Source: Candidatus Ozemobacteraceae bacterium
GTDB lineage: Bacteria; Muiribacteriota; Ozemobacteria; Ozemobacterales; Ozemobacteraceae
Assembly (NCBI GenBank): GCA_965140445.1
Contig: OZ223236.1
Location: forward strand, 2,816,001-2,880,000
Reading direction: 5' to 3'
Length of the DNA: 64,000 bases
Part shown: positions 20,093 to 30,225 of the stretch, in pieces
How the letters are laid out: each line of letters opens with the position of its first letter
Numbering within the stretch: the stretch's first letter is position 1
Made by a program: the position numbers and the translations under genes
Notes under the pieces: generated by a model
The model's database searches: none
The model's input: the letters and a program-made list of their open reading frames with translations, nothing else
What the model was told of the DNA's origin: nothing

Positions 20093-20758
20093 TTGGAAGC
20101 GTTTAATAAATTGTCAGATGATAAAAAAGTAGTGAAGTCCCAAGTTAGGACGGGGGTTGAGCGATTTTTCCTGGTGGGAATCATCCTCAGTTTGCTGGCA
20201 ACATTTTTTATATTCTTTAGTCTTAGACATGGAGGGGTTCCTCTAAGGGTTTCAACATTTACTCTTCTTTGTTTCATTTTGCTTTATAGGTTTACCAGCG
20301 GGCACTATGTGCTTGATCTAATCAACAAAAATCTTCGTTTTCATTTTGCGTTTTTTGGTTTTTCCTGGACTAGAGATATTGCTGATTTTTCTATGATTCA
20401 TGCTGTAACTGTTAATACTGATCATTATAAATCAAGGGGTGGGGGACGTGGATTTTTTGATTACTGGACAGAGGTAGTTCTGGCAGATGGCAAGGTCATT
20501 GCTATTTCTGAGCGTATTCAAAATGACAAGACTATGCCTACAGCTCTTGCAAAAATTGTTGCTGCCAATTCATCTGCTGAATATGTTCAAGACCTGCATA
20601 TAACCAATGCAAAAGTCATCAGAAAACCAAATGGCCGTTATTCCTTTTCAAGAAAAGAAGATAACAAAGACCCAGAGCTGGTAGCAAAGATTTTTGCTAT
20701 GCTTTTTTTGATTTTCTGTGTGAGTATGGTTGGCGCATTTATGTACAAGAACTGGTAA
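20093..20758 (+). CDS. Hypothetical membrane protein, paralog of 19421..20005 with extra C-terminal TM
   Basis: TTG start after GGTGA; same motifs as upstream paralog. Confidence 0.75.
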   Translation: MEAFNKLSDDKKVVKSQVRTGVERFFLVGIILSLLATFFIFFSLRHGGVPLRVSTFTLLCFILLYRFTSGHYVLDLINKNLRFHFAFFGFSWTRDIADFSMIHAVTVNTDHYKSRGGGRGFFDYWTEVVLADGKVIAISERIQNDKTMPTALAKIVAANSSAEYVQDLHITNAKVIRKPNGRYSFSRKEDNKDPELVAKIFAMLFLIFCVSMVGAFMYKNW

Positions 20759-20857
20759 AAGCGTTTTTTGTCCCAAAACCAGAAATCATTAGAACTACAA
20801 AAAATTACTTTTGGGGTGTTTGTCTAATTATTATTAAAAGCTTTTGATATGAAGCTC

Positions 20858-21694
20858 CTAGTCTAAAAATTGTTTTCTAACCCTTGATATTGAAACCAAA
20901 ATATCATCTTCGCCGACTTTATCACTATCTCCGTAATTTGTTTGCAAAATCTTTTCTACTGGATCAAAGATTCCGTTTTTCCCAGCTGATTGAATATATA
21001 TGTTTTTTTCATGGGCAAAATATCTGAATGGCTTATCCCACAAGTCACACATGTAATCAATGGGCTCTCCGTCAAGATATGGCCCTTTCCAGCGTTTTAA
21101 ATATGCTTCCTTTTCAAGACCAAGATATTTAAAACCAGGAATCTCATCTGAATAAAGGCAATTGGTAGAGGTTGCAGACCCCAGGGCGCTGGCAATATTC
21201 ATTTTATAGGCAGATTTAAGGTTTTTGTTTGTTCCAGCAAAAGGAAAGCTTCCTAAATCCGCTTTATAATTAAGCATAGCAGATTTTAAGTTAGACATTC
21301 GGCTTTTGGTCCAGCTATGTGGGTGTCCGGTGCAGATAAATCCTGTGGTTGAAACTGTAGGTCCTAATTGGTTTAATCCAATGTAAAATCCAATAAAACC
21401 AACCACAGTTAAAAGAATGTTTAATTTTTTTCTTTCTTGCTTATCTTTAGCTTGTTTAAGGGCAAAATTTATTGGTAATTCAAAAGCCAGTATTACAAAT
21501 AGCGCCAACAGAGATATTGTTACTGCATTAATGACAAAATCCGAAGTTTCAGATATATCAAATAGAGAAGGACCAGTTTCTACAATAAATTTTCGAATTG
21601 TAAATAAATATATTGAACCTTCTAGAAATAAGGTCGGTAAAATCAGAAAATAGGCAAAAATTCCCAACGATAATAACAAAAGTCTTTTTTTCAC
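20858..21694 (-). CDS. Multi-TM protein with GspG (T2SSG)-like C-terminal domain
   Basis: 'LKSAMLNYKADLGSFP', 'WKGPYL', 'DLWDKPFRY', 'SAGKNG', 'DDI'. Confidence 0.7.
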   Translation of the reverse strand: MKKRLLLLSLGIFAYFLILPTLFLEGSIYLFTIRKFIVETGPSLFDISETSDFVINAVTISLLALFVILAFELPINFALKQAKDKQERKKLNILLTVVGFIGFYIGLNQLGPTVSTTGFICTGHPHSWTKSRMSNLKSAMLNYKADLGSFPFAGTNKNLKSAYKMNIASALGSATSTNCLYSDEIPGFKYLGLEKEAYLKRWKGPYLDGEPIDYMCDLWDKPFRYFAHEKNIYIQSAGKNGIFDPVEKILQTNYGDSDKVGEDDILVSISRVRKQFLD

Positions 21695-21762
21695 TTTTTT
21701 CCTATTCCTTGTAAAAATTCTTTGTAATAGAGATTTAATAATCGAATCTCATTCATAGTGTT

Positions 21763-22593
21763 TTAAAACTCAGTTTCAGAGGCTATGAAAGGTTTTCTGA
21801 CCCTTGCAATCTCAATAAAAATATCATCCCCAAGCTCATTCTCTAAATAGTTCTCATCCAATACTTTCTCTATGGGATCAAATTGCTCATCAGGCCCTGA
21901 AGATTGCAAAAATATCGTTTTTCCATAAGCAAAATACTTAAATGGTTCGCCCCATGCATCGCACATGAAGTCTTCTGGCTCGCCATCCATGTATGGTCCT
22001 TTCCAGCGCCTCATGTATTTTTCTTTTTCCATACCTAAATACTCAAATCCCTCAACTTCATCCATGGCCAGGCAATTTGTTCCACTTGATAGGCCTAAAA
22101 ACGAGGAAGTATTGTCGTTATAAGCGCTCAAAAGATTTTTAGTTCCTCCAGAGTGTGGATAATGACTAAGATCCGCATTGTAATTTCCAAGAGCGGTTTT
22201 TAAACATGACATATGGCTTTTAGTTGCGCTCGTGCGCGAGTGTCCTTCTACGTATGTAAAACTGCTTAAGTAACTTAAATTAGCTGCAGACCCTAAAATA
22301 ATTGACAAGAATCCTCCAATGAAAAAAGAAAAACTTCGAAATCCCGAGAATTCAGTTTTTCCTGATTTCAAAATATAAGTTAAAGACTTCTTTGTAGCAT
22401 TATATGCAACGAGCAAAAAGAAGGCTCCAATTATTACTTTTGCAAAGATCATAAGGGTTGGAAGACCATTAAATGCACTGGGTAAAAACGCATTAGTAAA
22501 CCAAAGAAAAAACATTAAATGTAATAGCCAGAGAAAAGGCAAAGCAAAAACAAAAGAACAAAAAGATATTAAAACAAAAATTTTGTTTTTCAT
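21763..22593 (-). CDS. Multi-TM protein with GspG (T2SSG)-like C-terminal domain, paralog of 20858..21694
   Basis: 'LKTALGNYNADLSHYP', 'WKGPYM', 'DAWGEPFKY', 'SSGPD', 'DDI'; AAGGAG RBS. Confidence 0.7.
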   Translation of the reverse strand: MKNKIFVLISFCSFVFALPFLWLLHLMFFLWFTNAFLPSAFNGLPTLMIFAKVIIGAFFLLVAYNATKKSLTYILKSGKTEFSGFRSFSFFIGGFLSIILGSAANLSYLSSFTYVEGHSRTSATKSHMSCLKTALGNYNADLSHYPHSGGTKNLLSAYNDNTSSFLGLSSGTNCLAMDEVEGFEYLGMEKEKYMRRWKGPYMDGEPEDFMCDAWGEPFKYFAYGKTIFLQSSGPDEQFDPIEKVLDENYLENELGDDIFIEIARVRKPFIASETEF

Positions 22594-22891
22594 TTACAAC
22601 TCTCCTTGCTTGCTCTTATTGCTCTATTAAATTTCAAAAACTAAATTTCACTCGTTACATGGCAATATAGGCACAAATTTTCTAGCGTCAATGGTGGTGA
22701 ATGTTTTTGTAAAAGGAAAAAAGTTGAATCTGCTAGATTTGCTGATGCTGATGAAGAAAGCATTTAATGAAAAAATGGATTTAAAAGGAAAATTCGAAGT
22801 TATTACCAAATGTAATAATTGTAAACATTATGCTTGCATAGTGGCTTAGCAATATGGCAAAAGCAATACAGGAAAAATCGCAAACTAAGTT

Positions 22892-24694
22892 TTATTCCTG
22901 AAAACCCTTTATCACAGCCAGAAAGACTTCACCGTATTTTTCGAATTTTTTATCACCGACTCCATGAATTTGCAACATGTCATTTTCGTCCTGGGGTAGG
23001 GTGGCAGCCATTTCAGCAAGTGATTTATCACTGAATACAACATAAGGTGGAACTTTGGCGTCTGATGCAATCTGCTTGCGCAAGGCGCGAAGGCTTTCGA
23101 AAAGATCCTGATTGTAGTCGATTTCACCGATAGCTTTTTTCTTCTTTTTGGCTTTAGTGCTTACAGTAGCTTTTATGCGTGGAACAGCCATGGTAAAACT
23201 GACTTCACCTTTCATTAATGGCCAACAATCTTTAGTAAGTTTTAAAGTTGAAAAACTGCCAAGATCCTGAATTAACAGACCTTGATGGATCAAATTTCTG
23301 TATACGCTGGCCCAGTAATCCTTGCCCATATTGGCTCCGATTCCATAGGTGGAAAGGTTCTGGTGTCCCAGCTGCATAATGCGTTCATTTTCTGAGCCAC
23401 GCAAAATGTCTATTAAATGGCCCATCCCAAATCTTTGCTCAACTCTATAAACGCAGGAAAGGGCTTTTCGCGCGTCTTCGGTAGCGTCGATCATTTCTGG
23501 GGGATTAAGGCAGTTGTCGCAGTTTCCGCAGTCCTCGGCAGTAGATTCACCAAAGTATTGCAACAGGATTCGCCTACGGCAGCTCTGAGCTTCCGCAAAT
23601 GCCACCATTGAATTGAGTTTGTGTGACTCAATTCTCTTTCTTTCAACATTAGGTGAGGTTTCAATCAAACCGCGAGCTACGGCAATATCACCGTAACCAA
23701 AAAGTAGCAGGGCTTCAGAATTCATGCCATCACGGCCGGCGCGACCTGTTTCCTGGTAGTAGCTTTCAATATTTTTGGGTATATCAAAATGAACTACATA
23801 GCGCACATTTGATTTGTCTATTCCCATGCCGAAAGCCACTGTAGCAACAACAATCATTATATTGTCGTTCAAGAAATCATCCTGGACTTGTTTACGTTTT
23901 GCTGCTGGCAAACCTGCGTGGTAGGCTTCTGCACTGTAACCAGCTTTTCTCAGCTTTTCGGCAACGTTTTCAACGCGCTTTCTGCTGAGACAATAGACTA
24001 TTCCGGCTTCATTTTTCTTTGTGTTTAAAAAGTTTTTAAGCTGATTAAATGGGGTAGCTTTATCAAGTATGGTGTATTTGATATTAGGTCTATCAAAGCT
24101 GGAAATAAAGACCTTTGCATCCTCAAGGCCGAGTCGGTCAAGAATATCTTTCTGGGTATGTGGTTCTGCAGTTGCGGTTAGCGCGATCATTGGGGTGTTG
24201 GGAAAATACTTGCGCAAGCGTCCTAATTTTATGTATTCGGGTCTGAAATCATGACCCCATTGAGAGACACAGTGGGCCTCATCAATGGCAAATAATGATA
24301 TGGGCACATCTGACAGACGGTTGATAAAATCTTCGTGCATCAGGCGTTCTGGTGCAATATACAGCAGATCCAGCTCTTCATTGTGCAGCATGGCCAAAAC
24401 TTTTCTCGCTTCAGTGCTTTTCAGTGTTGAATTGTAAAATTCAGCATTGATTCCACAGGCCTTTAAAGCATCTACCTGATCTTTCATTAACGATATCAAT
24501 GGAGATACGATTATTCCCACGCCCTTGCGGTGAAGAGCTGGGATCTGGTAGCAGAGAGATTTCCCGCCACCGGTTGGCATTAAAACAAAGGCATTGTCCC
24601 CTTTAATAAGGCCTTCAATGATTTCCTGCTGATGAGGCCTGAATTCCTGATAGCCAAAATAATGTTTTAGAGTTTCTAATGGGGTTTTTGTCAT
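22892..24694 (-). CDS. recQ: ATP-dependent DNA helicase RecQ
   Basis: '[12 protein letters not shown]', '[15 protein letters not shown]', '[10 protein letters not shown]', Zn-binding Cys, RQC and HRDC domains. Confidence 0.97.
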   Translation of the reverse strand: MTKTPLETLKHYFGYQEFRPHQQEIIEGLIKGDNAFVLMPTGGGKSLCYQIPALHRKGVGIIVSPLISLMKDQVDALKACGINAEFYNSTLKSTEARKVLAMLHNEELDLLYIAPERLMHEDFINRLSDVPISLFAIDEAHCVSQWGHDFRPEYIKLGRLRKYFPNTPMIALTATAEPHTQKDILDRLGLEDAKVFISSFDRPNIKYTILDKATPFNQLKNFLNTKKNEAGIVYCLSRKRVENVAEKLRKAGYSAEAYHAGLPAAKRKQVQDDFLNDNIMIVVATVAFGMGIDKSNVRYVVHFDIPKNIESYYQETGRAGRDGMNSEALLLFGYGDIAVARGLIETSPNVERKRIESHKLNSMVAFAEAQSCRRRILLQYFGESTAEDCGNCDNCLNPPEMIDATEDARKALSCVYRVEQRFGMGHLIDILRGSENERIMQLGHQNLSTYGIGANMGKDYWASVYRNLIHQGLLIQDLGSFSTLKLTKDCWPLMKGEVSFTMAVPRIKATVSTKAKKKKKAIGEIDYNQDLFESLRALRKQIASDAKVPPYVVFSDKSLAEMAATLPQDENDMLQIHGVGDKKFEKYGEVFLAVIKGFQE

Positions 24695-24850
24695 TTGTCT
24701 GCCTTTAAAATTTAACTGCGACTATTCTACAATCTAATACAGACCAAAATCCAATAATACTTAAGAACCTTATGAATAGCTGTATTGAAACTTAAGATTA
24801 GAAAGATCGGATATAGCTGAAACTTTCGCAGATACCTTTTTCCAAAATCG

Positions 24851-26065
24851 CTATTCAGGAATCTTGAAAAAGATGTCATCTCCAGACATTCCATCATCTA
24901 TCTGGTTTGGGCCTGCGCTATAAAAGATATCCTGTTCACCAGCCTTTTTAGTTAAAAGTTTCTGCTTTGTGAACGGGTCAGGAAATGTCTCTTTTGATCC
25001 AATAATAGATGCAAGGCTTTGCTTAATTATCTGTCTTTGAGCCATGTATTTGAAGTCAAACTCCAATTGCTCAAGGAAAGTCTCGTAGTTAATGCTGGCT
25101 GGGTAAAAATTAAAGATTCTATTTATAAATGTTTGATTATTATTTGTTTTGGGGGTAGGAAATTTTGTTTTAAATTGTTTAACCAAATTCGCCGTTGGAA
25201 CCTGATTGATTAGGTCAAAGAACTCGTAGTTGGAATTCAGATTAAAGAATTTGGAAAGAATTAAGGCTCCGAATGGCTCTTTTTCATGCAGGACTAATAA
25301 AGTCTTAGCTCTTGAGTTTTGCTCTTTAGCTAAGGATTGAGATAGTGAGATTTTTGTCAGATCAGAAAGTTTTAACTCCCTCAAAAGATTTGTACAATCC
25401 TTAAAGTTGAGCGTTTTATTGATATACAGCTCGTTTAACGCCAGATTAACCGAGTTATAAATCTTGAGTGAATCATTATGATTAATAACATTTTTATCTA
25501 ACAAATTTATTAAAGAGCATATCTTAAGAATCTGGGAAAGATCTTTCGCAATATCAAAATCTGGCTGGTTTAGTTTTTTATGGCATAAATATTCTGAAGA
25601 AAAAATTGAAAAATCCAGCATTCCGGTTAGCATTTGCGTTAATGAAATTTCAGGAGAACTTGTCGTGGAAAGCAAAACAGATTCCCAGGTCAGGCATCTA
25701 ATCTTTTTGAGCGAATTCTCTACTATTTCTTTTTGTTCCTCAGTTAAAGGAACCTTTTTATTAAAATAGCTGGTTTCTGCCCATTTCAAATTAGACAATA
25801 GCCAGTTTCCTTGTTTATTCATTTCGATGATAGCGATTTTGCAATCATCTTGAAGATTAGGAACTTTTTCAAAAAATGGCTTTGGATTTAGAGCGTCGAA
25901 TTCAATTTCGTTAAAATCTTTTATCATTAAAGACAGACAAATCTTTTCTGCCTTAAAAATGAAGTGCTTCATTGAAAAAAAAGATAAAAGCAAGAAAATA
26001 ACCAAAGGCACAAAGAGCTTTATAATTATTGAATTATTAAAAAAATATTTAGATTGCTTACTCAT
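24851..26065 (-). CDS. Membrane-anchored hypothetical protein ending in a GspG-like motif
   Basis: N-terminal TM; C-terminal 'PDPFT...FYSAGPNQIDDGMSGDDI'. Confidence 0.6.
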   Translation of the reverse strand: MSKQSKYFFNNSIIIKLFVPLVIFLLLSFFSMKHFIFKAEKICLSLMIKDFNEIEFDALNPKPFFEKVPNLQDDCKIAIIEMNKQGNWLLSNLKWAETSYFNKKVPLTEEQKEIVENSLKKIRCLTWESVLLSTTSSPEISLTQMLTGMLDFSIFSSEYLCHKKLNQPDFDIAKDLSQILKICSLINLLDKNVINHNDSLKIYNSVNLALNELYINKTLNFKDCTNLLRELKLSDLTKISLSQSLAKEQNSRAKTLLVLHEKEPFGALILSKFFNLNSNYEFFDLINQVPTANLVKQFKTKFPTPKTNNNQTFINRIFNFYPASINYETFLEQLEFDFKYMAQRQIIKQSLASIIGSKETFPDPFTKQKLLTKKAGEQDIFYSAGPNQIDDGMSGDDIFFKIPE

Positions 26066-26484
26066 TACTTCCTCGGGAAATTAAATTTTGTAATTTGAAT
26101 GATTACGAAACAGTTGGTTTTTAAGGATGGCAAAAGAAAAAGTTTTCTCAATGAATACAATTTAAGTAATAGTAGCACGAATTTTATAGCAAAAGGTTGC
26201 TGTTTGGGAATAAAAAATAATTACGATTTAGGTAAATATTATCTAAATTTAATTGCCAGCAATTAGCTTAAACCACTTGTGAATGAATATACCATTACCG
26301 TAATTTTTGCAGGTAGATGAAGTTGCTTTTTGGAGACAATTTTTTGGGGGGACCTGTATTGTTAGTGGCAAAATTAGATGCGAAAAAATAGAGACAAAAG
26401 TATTTAATACAGATAAACTAAAGATTATAGAATAATTTTATGTGAGTTTGGCTGGGATCTATTAATTGGTGAGAGTATGATTTT

Positions 26485-29208
26485 ATGCTGTGCAGGATAA
26501 ATAGAAAGAAACCTTTCTTTATGAAGTTGAGGATTGAAAGGCTGTTTTTCGTACTGATTTTCTGGTTAACTCTATTTTCAATTCAAATTTGTTCAACACA
26601 GGGTTTTGCGGAAGAAAAAGAATCCAGAATTCTATTTATCAGCTCTTATCACCCATCTTTTCCAACATTTTTTAAACAGATTGATGGAATTAAATCTTCA
26701 CTAAACAAGCTTAAGATGGTCTTTGACGTAGAATTTATGGATTGCAAAAGGTTTGATACAGAAAAGAATATTGAGCTATTTCTTAATAGATTGACTTACA
26801 AACTAAAAAACTCAGCTCCATATGACATCGTTTTCCTTGGAGACGACAATGCACTTAAATTTGCACTGGAGAATCAGAAAGAGCTTTTTAAAGGTATTCC
26901 TCTAGTATTTTTGGGAGTAAATAATGTTGAGCTTGCTTTGGCTCAAAACCTGAACCCAATGGTTACTGGAGTAGTCGAAGCAGTTTCAATGAAAGAAACT
27001 TTCGAACTTATTTTGAAGCTTCATCCTGAAACTAAAAGTATTGTTGCAATTGTGGATTCTACTTTAAGTGGGACTGCTGATTTAAAGACCTTTTATAAAG
27101 AAGCAGGGAAATTTAACACCGTTAGATTTTCAGATCTTTCACTGGAGAAGCTCTCGTTTTTGGAGTTATCCTCTGCCTTGCCAAAAATGGAAAAGAATAC
27201 TGTGATTCTACTTTTGTCAGCATACTTTGATAAGGACGGAAAACCCTCGGATTTTTATGAAAGTCTTAAGCTTATTTCGACCAGCACTTCGGTTCCGATC
27301 TACCATCTCTGGGAGCATGGTGTAGGCGATGGCATCCTTGGAGGCAAAGTCACATATCATTATTTGCAAGGGCGGGCTGCAGGGAAAATTGCTTTTGATA
27401 TTTTAAAAGGAAAACCCATAAGTGATATTGGGGTAAATACAGAGAGCCCAAATCAGTTTTTGTTTGACTTCAATCAACTAAAACGGTTTAACATTAATCT
27501 TGATAAATTGCCTGAATCCAGCAAAATTGTTAACCAGCCTCCTACATTTTACTCGATTAATAAAAGAACCATTCATAGGGCAATTTTTGCTATTTTACTT
27601 CTTTCAATAGCTTCAGCATTTCTTCTCTGGAGTCTTTTAAAGATAAAAAATACTGAAAAGAGATTGAGAGAAAACGAAAGTTTTCTTCACAATATTGTGG
27701 AAAATATTCCTTCAATGATCTTTGTAAAAGACGCAAATAATCTTAAGCTTGTGAGAGTAAATAAAACAGGGGAAGAATTGCTGGGGATAGATAGAGAAAA
27801 CTTGATTGGGAAAAGCGATTTTGATCTTTTCCCGCCTGAACAGGCAAAGTTTTTTGCAAAAATGGATCATCTTGTTGTGGAGGGAAAGACCCTTATAGAT
27901 ATCCCAGAAGAGGAAATCCAGACCAGAAATTCAGGAAAAAGGATTTTACATACCAAAAAATTACCTGTTTTTAGTGAAAATGGTGAGCCAGTGTATTTAT
28001 TAGGGATTTCCGAGGATATCACTGAGACAAAACAAGATCAAAAAAATCGTCTGCTGCTAGAAGCTCAGTTGTGGCAAGCACAAAAGATGCAGGCAGTTGG
28101 TAATCTGGCTGGTGGAATCGCCCATGATTTTAACAATATTCTGACTGCTATTCTAGGTTATGGAGAAATGGTTCTAGATGATTTAGAACCTGAAAGTGAT
28201 CTCTGGGAAAAGCAAAAAGAAGTTATAATGGGTGCTAAAAGAGCTAAGGGGCTGGTTAGACAGATATTGTCCTTTAGTCGCCAGGAAAAAAGTGAAAAGA
28301 AGGAATTGAATCTTCACGTTATAGTTGAAGAAGCTTTAAAGCTTATGCGAGCTTCTATCCCCACTACTATAGATGTTGTTAAAAAATTGAGTGAAGAAGA
28401 AAGCTATATTTTTGCAGATCCTACTCAAATTCATCAAGTTGTTATGAATATTTGTACCAATGCTTATCATTCGATGAAACAACAGGGTGGTACAATAACT
28501 GTTGAGTTAAAACCAAATCAAATGATCCCTGCTGACTTAAATTTAGAAATTGATAACCCAGAGAAACAGAAGTTTGTCATTTTGAAAATTCAAGATACTG
28601 GATGTGGGTTTGATGACGAACTTAAAGAAAGAATTTTTGAACCATATTTTTCAACAAAAGAAAAGGGCGAGGGAACGGGTATTGGCCTGGCAGTAGTGCA
28701 CAGTATTGTTTGTGATTGTGGCGGGAAAATTGTGGCAGATTCACAAAAGAATGTTGGAAGCACTTTTAGCATTTTCTTTCCTCAGATAGAGCCAAAGAGT
28801 GTTGTAAAACCAAATGATTATAAAGATGGTTTACCAACCGGAAAAGAAAAAATCCTGGTAGTAGATGATGAAGAGCATATTGTAAAGCTTCTAAAACATT
28901 TATTGGAGAATCTTGGTTACACTGTTACAACAGCAAGTGGGGCAGAGGAGGCTTTGGTTTTGTTCAAATCCAGCCCGGAATCATTTGATCTAATTTTAAC
29001 AGATATGACAATGCCAAATTTAACCGGAGCTGAATTATCTAAAAGGGTTTTGGAAATAAGCCCTGAAACACCAATAATAATGTGTACTGGCTATAGCGAT
29101 ATAATTGACAGAGATAAAGCTCTTGAAATAGGAATAAAGGAGTTTATCTTAAAACCCTTTACCTGTTCTGAATTATCCAAGATTATCAGAAAGGTTCTGG
29201 ATAGCTGA
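26485..29208 (+). CDS. Hybrid sensor histidine kinase (periplasmic binding-protein-like sensor, PAS, HisKA, HATPase, REC)
   Basis: 'GGIAHDFNN', 'NICTNA', 'DTGCG', 'GTGIGL'; receiver 'VVDDE', 'TDMTMP', 'KPF'; start uncertain (26485 or 26521). Confidence 0.92.
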   Translation: MLCRINRKKPFFMKLRIERLFFVLIFWLTLFSIQICSTQGFAEEKESRILFISSYHPSFPTFFKQIDGIKSSLNKLKMVFDVEFMDCKRFDTEKNIELFLNRLTYKLKNSAPYDIVFLGDDNALKFALENQKELFKGIPLVFLGVNNVELALAQNLNPMVTGVVEAVSMKETFELILKLHPETKSIVAIVDSTLSGTADLKTFYKEAGKFNTVRFSDLSLEKLSFLELSSALPKMEKNTVILLLSAYFDKDGKPSDFYESLKLISTSTSVPIYHLWEHGVGDGILGGKVTYHYLQGRAAGKIAFDILKGKPISDIGVNTESPNQFLFDFNQLKRFNINLDKLPESSKIVNQPPTFYSINKRTIHRAIFAILLLSIASAFLLWSLLKIKNTEKRLRENESFLHNIVENIPSMIFVKDANNLKLVRVNKTGEELLGIDRENLIGKSDFDLFPPEQAKFFAKMDHLVVEGKTLIDIPEEEIQTRNSGKRILHTKKLPVFSENGEPVYLLGISEDITETKQDQKNRLLLEAQLWQAQKMQAVGNLAGGIAHDFNNILTAILGYGEMVLDDLEPESDLWEKQKEVIMGAKRAKGLVRQILSFSRQEKSEKKELNLHVIVEEALKLMRASIPTTIDVVKKLSEEESYIFADPTQIHQVVMNICTNAYHSMKQQGGTITVELKPNQMIPADLNLEIDNPEKQKFVILKIQDTGCGFDDELKERIFEPYFSTKEKGEGTGIGLAVVHSIVCDCGGKIVADSQKNVGSTFSIFFPQIEPKSVVKPNDYKDGLPTGKEKILVVDDEEHIVKLLKHLLENLGYTVTTASGAEEALVLFKSSPESFDLILTDMTMPNLTGAELSKRVLEISPETPIIMCTGYSDIIDRDKALEIGIKEFILKPFTCSELSKIIRKVLDS

Positions 29209-29214
29209 AAAAAA

Positions 29215-30012
29215 TTAATCCGGGCTTTTCCAGTCGGGGTCACGGTGACTTTTGTTTCTCACGTATTTCTTCATAAAGCCGCGAAGATTAGAAAACATTC
29301 CCATCAAAATATTTACTTCTCTTTTTAGAGGTTTTGATCGGTGAAAGAAAATTCTGATTACCTGAAATAAGGCATCTGGATTAACTAATGGCAAGAATTC
29401 ACACATGGATAAAACATTGCCCATGTGAGCATAAAGTCTGCTAAGGTCATCAACTGTTGCTGGAAGCTCATAATCATCATCTTCATGAGGATTAGGCAAG
29501 TCAACCATGGTTCCAAAGTTTTGATAAAGTTCGTAAGCAATTAGAAGAACTGCTTGAGAAAGGTTCAAGCTGGTGTTCTCAGGGTCTGTCATGACCCGCA
29601 TTGTTCCCTGAGCATACTGGAGGTCGTCTTTAGTAAGGCCCCATTCTTCACGGCCAAACATGATAGTTACAGGACCATGCTGAAGAACTTCTTTAATTCT
29701 TTTCATGCCTTCCTGGACAGTGTAGTGTGGTTCGTGATAATCACCTTTTCTATTAGCAGTACCAAGAACCAGAACACTTCCTTCTATAGCTTCGGGAATG
29801 GTTTCTACTACCTTGGTAGCCTCGAGGATATCTCTGGCATGCATGGCCATTTTTACGGCGTCTAAGTCCAATTTACAACCTGGTCGAACAACAGTAAGGT
29901 CATTCAAACCAAAATTCTTCATTGCTCTACAGGCAGCACCCACATTCAAAGCGCCTTGTGGTTCAACTAAAACAATTCTTACCTTATCTAAAATCGGACT
30001 GGTTTCTGACAA
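29215..30012 (-). CDS. trmJ: TrmJ/LasT family SPOUT RNA methyltransferase
   Basis: 'NVGAACRAMKNFG', 'FGREEWGL', 'SLNLSQAV'; TTG start after GGAG. Confidence 0.85.
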   Translation of the reverse strand: MSETSPILDKVRIVLVEPQGALNVGAACRAMKNFGLNDLTVVRPGCKLDLDAVKMAMHARDILEATKVVETIPEAIEGSVLVLGTANRKGDYHEPHYTVQEGMKRIKEVLQHGPVTIMFGREEWGLTKDDLQYAQGTMRVMTDPENTSLNLSQAVLLIAYELYQNFGTMVDLPNPHEDDDYELPATVDDLSRLYAHMGNVLSMCEFLPLVNPDALFQVIRIFFHRSKPLKREVNILMGMFSNLRGFMKKYVRNKSHRDPDWKSPD

Positions 30013-30043
30013 TTCTAAACTCCGTAATTCTGGAATAAAAAAA

Positions 30044-30118
30044 TAGGCTCGAGCGGACTTGAACCGCTGACCCCCACGATGTCAACGTGGTGCTCTAACC
30101 AAACTGAGCTACGAGCCT
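30044..30118 (-). tRNA. tRNA-Val (GAC), CCA not encoded
   Basis: Acceptor stem AGGCTCG/CGAGCCT, discriminator A; anticodon arm CCACG-TTGACAT-CGTGG; T-loop GGTTCAAGTCC. Confidence 0.97.
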
Positions 30119-30131
30119 TTGCGTGAATCGA

Positions 30132-30160
30132 ATATTAACATTGAGACCTTTTTTTGTCAA
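30132..30160 (-). promoter_or_regulatory. sigma70-type promoter of tRNA-Val/trmJ
   Basis: TTGACA-N17-TAATAT with extended -10 TGn, just upstream of the tRNA. Confidence 0.7.
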
Positions 30161-30225
30161 TACAGTTTTTAATCTTGCCTGATATCTTTAAATCCGTTAT
30201 CCTAACAGCCCTTAAGAGGTGCGTA

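Noticed and set aside
26066..26484. Long AT-rich divergent spacer as ncRNA or riboswitch
   Set aside because: No recognisable conserved motif, stable structure or RBS-led ORF.
30044..30118. tRNA as integration site of an island
   Set aside because: No integrase or duplicated tRNA 3' end seen; flanks are housekeeping genes.
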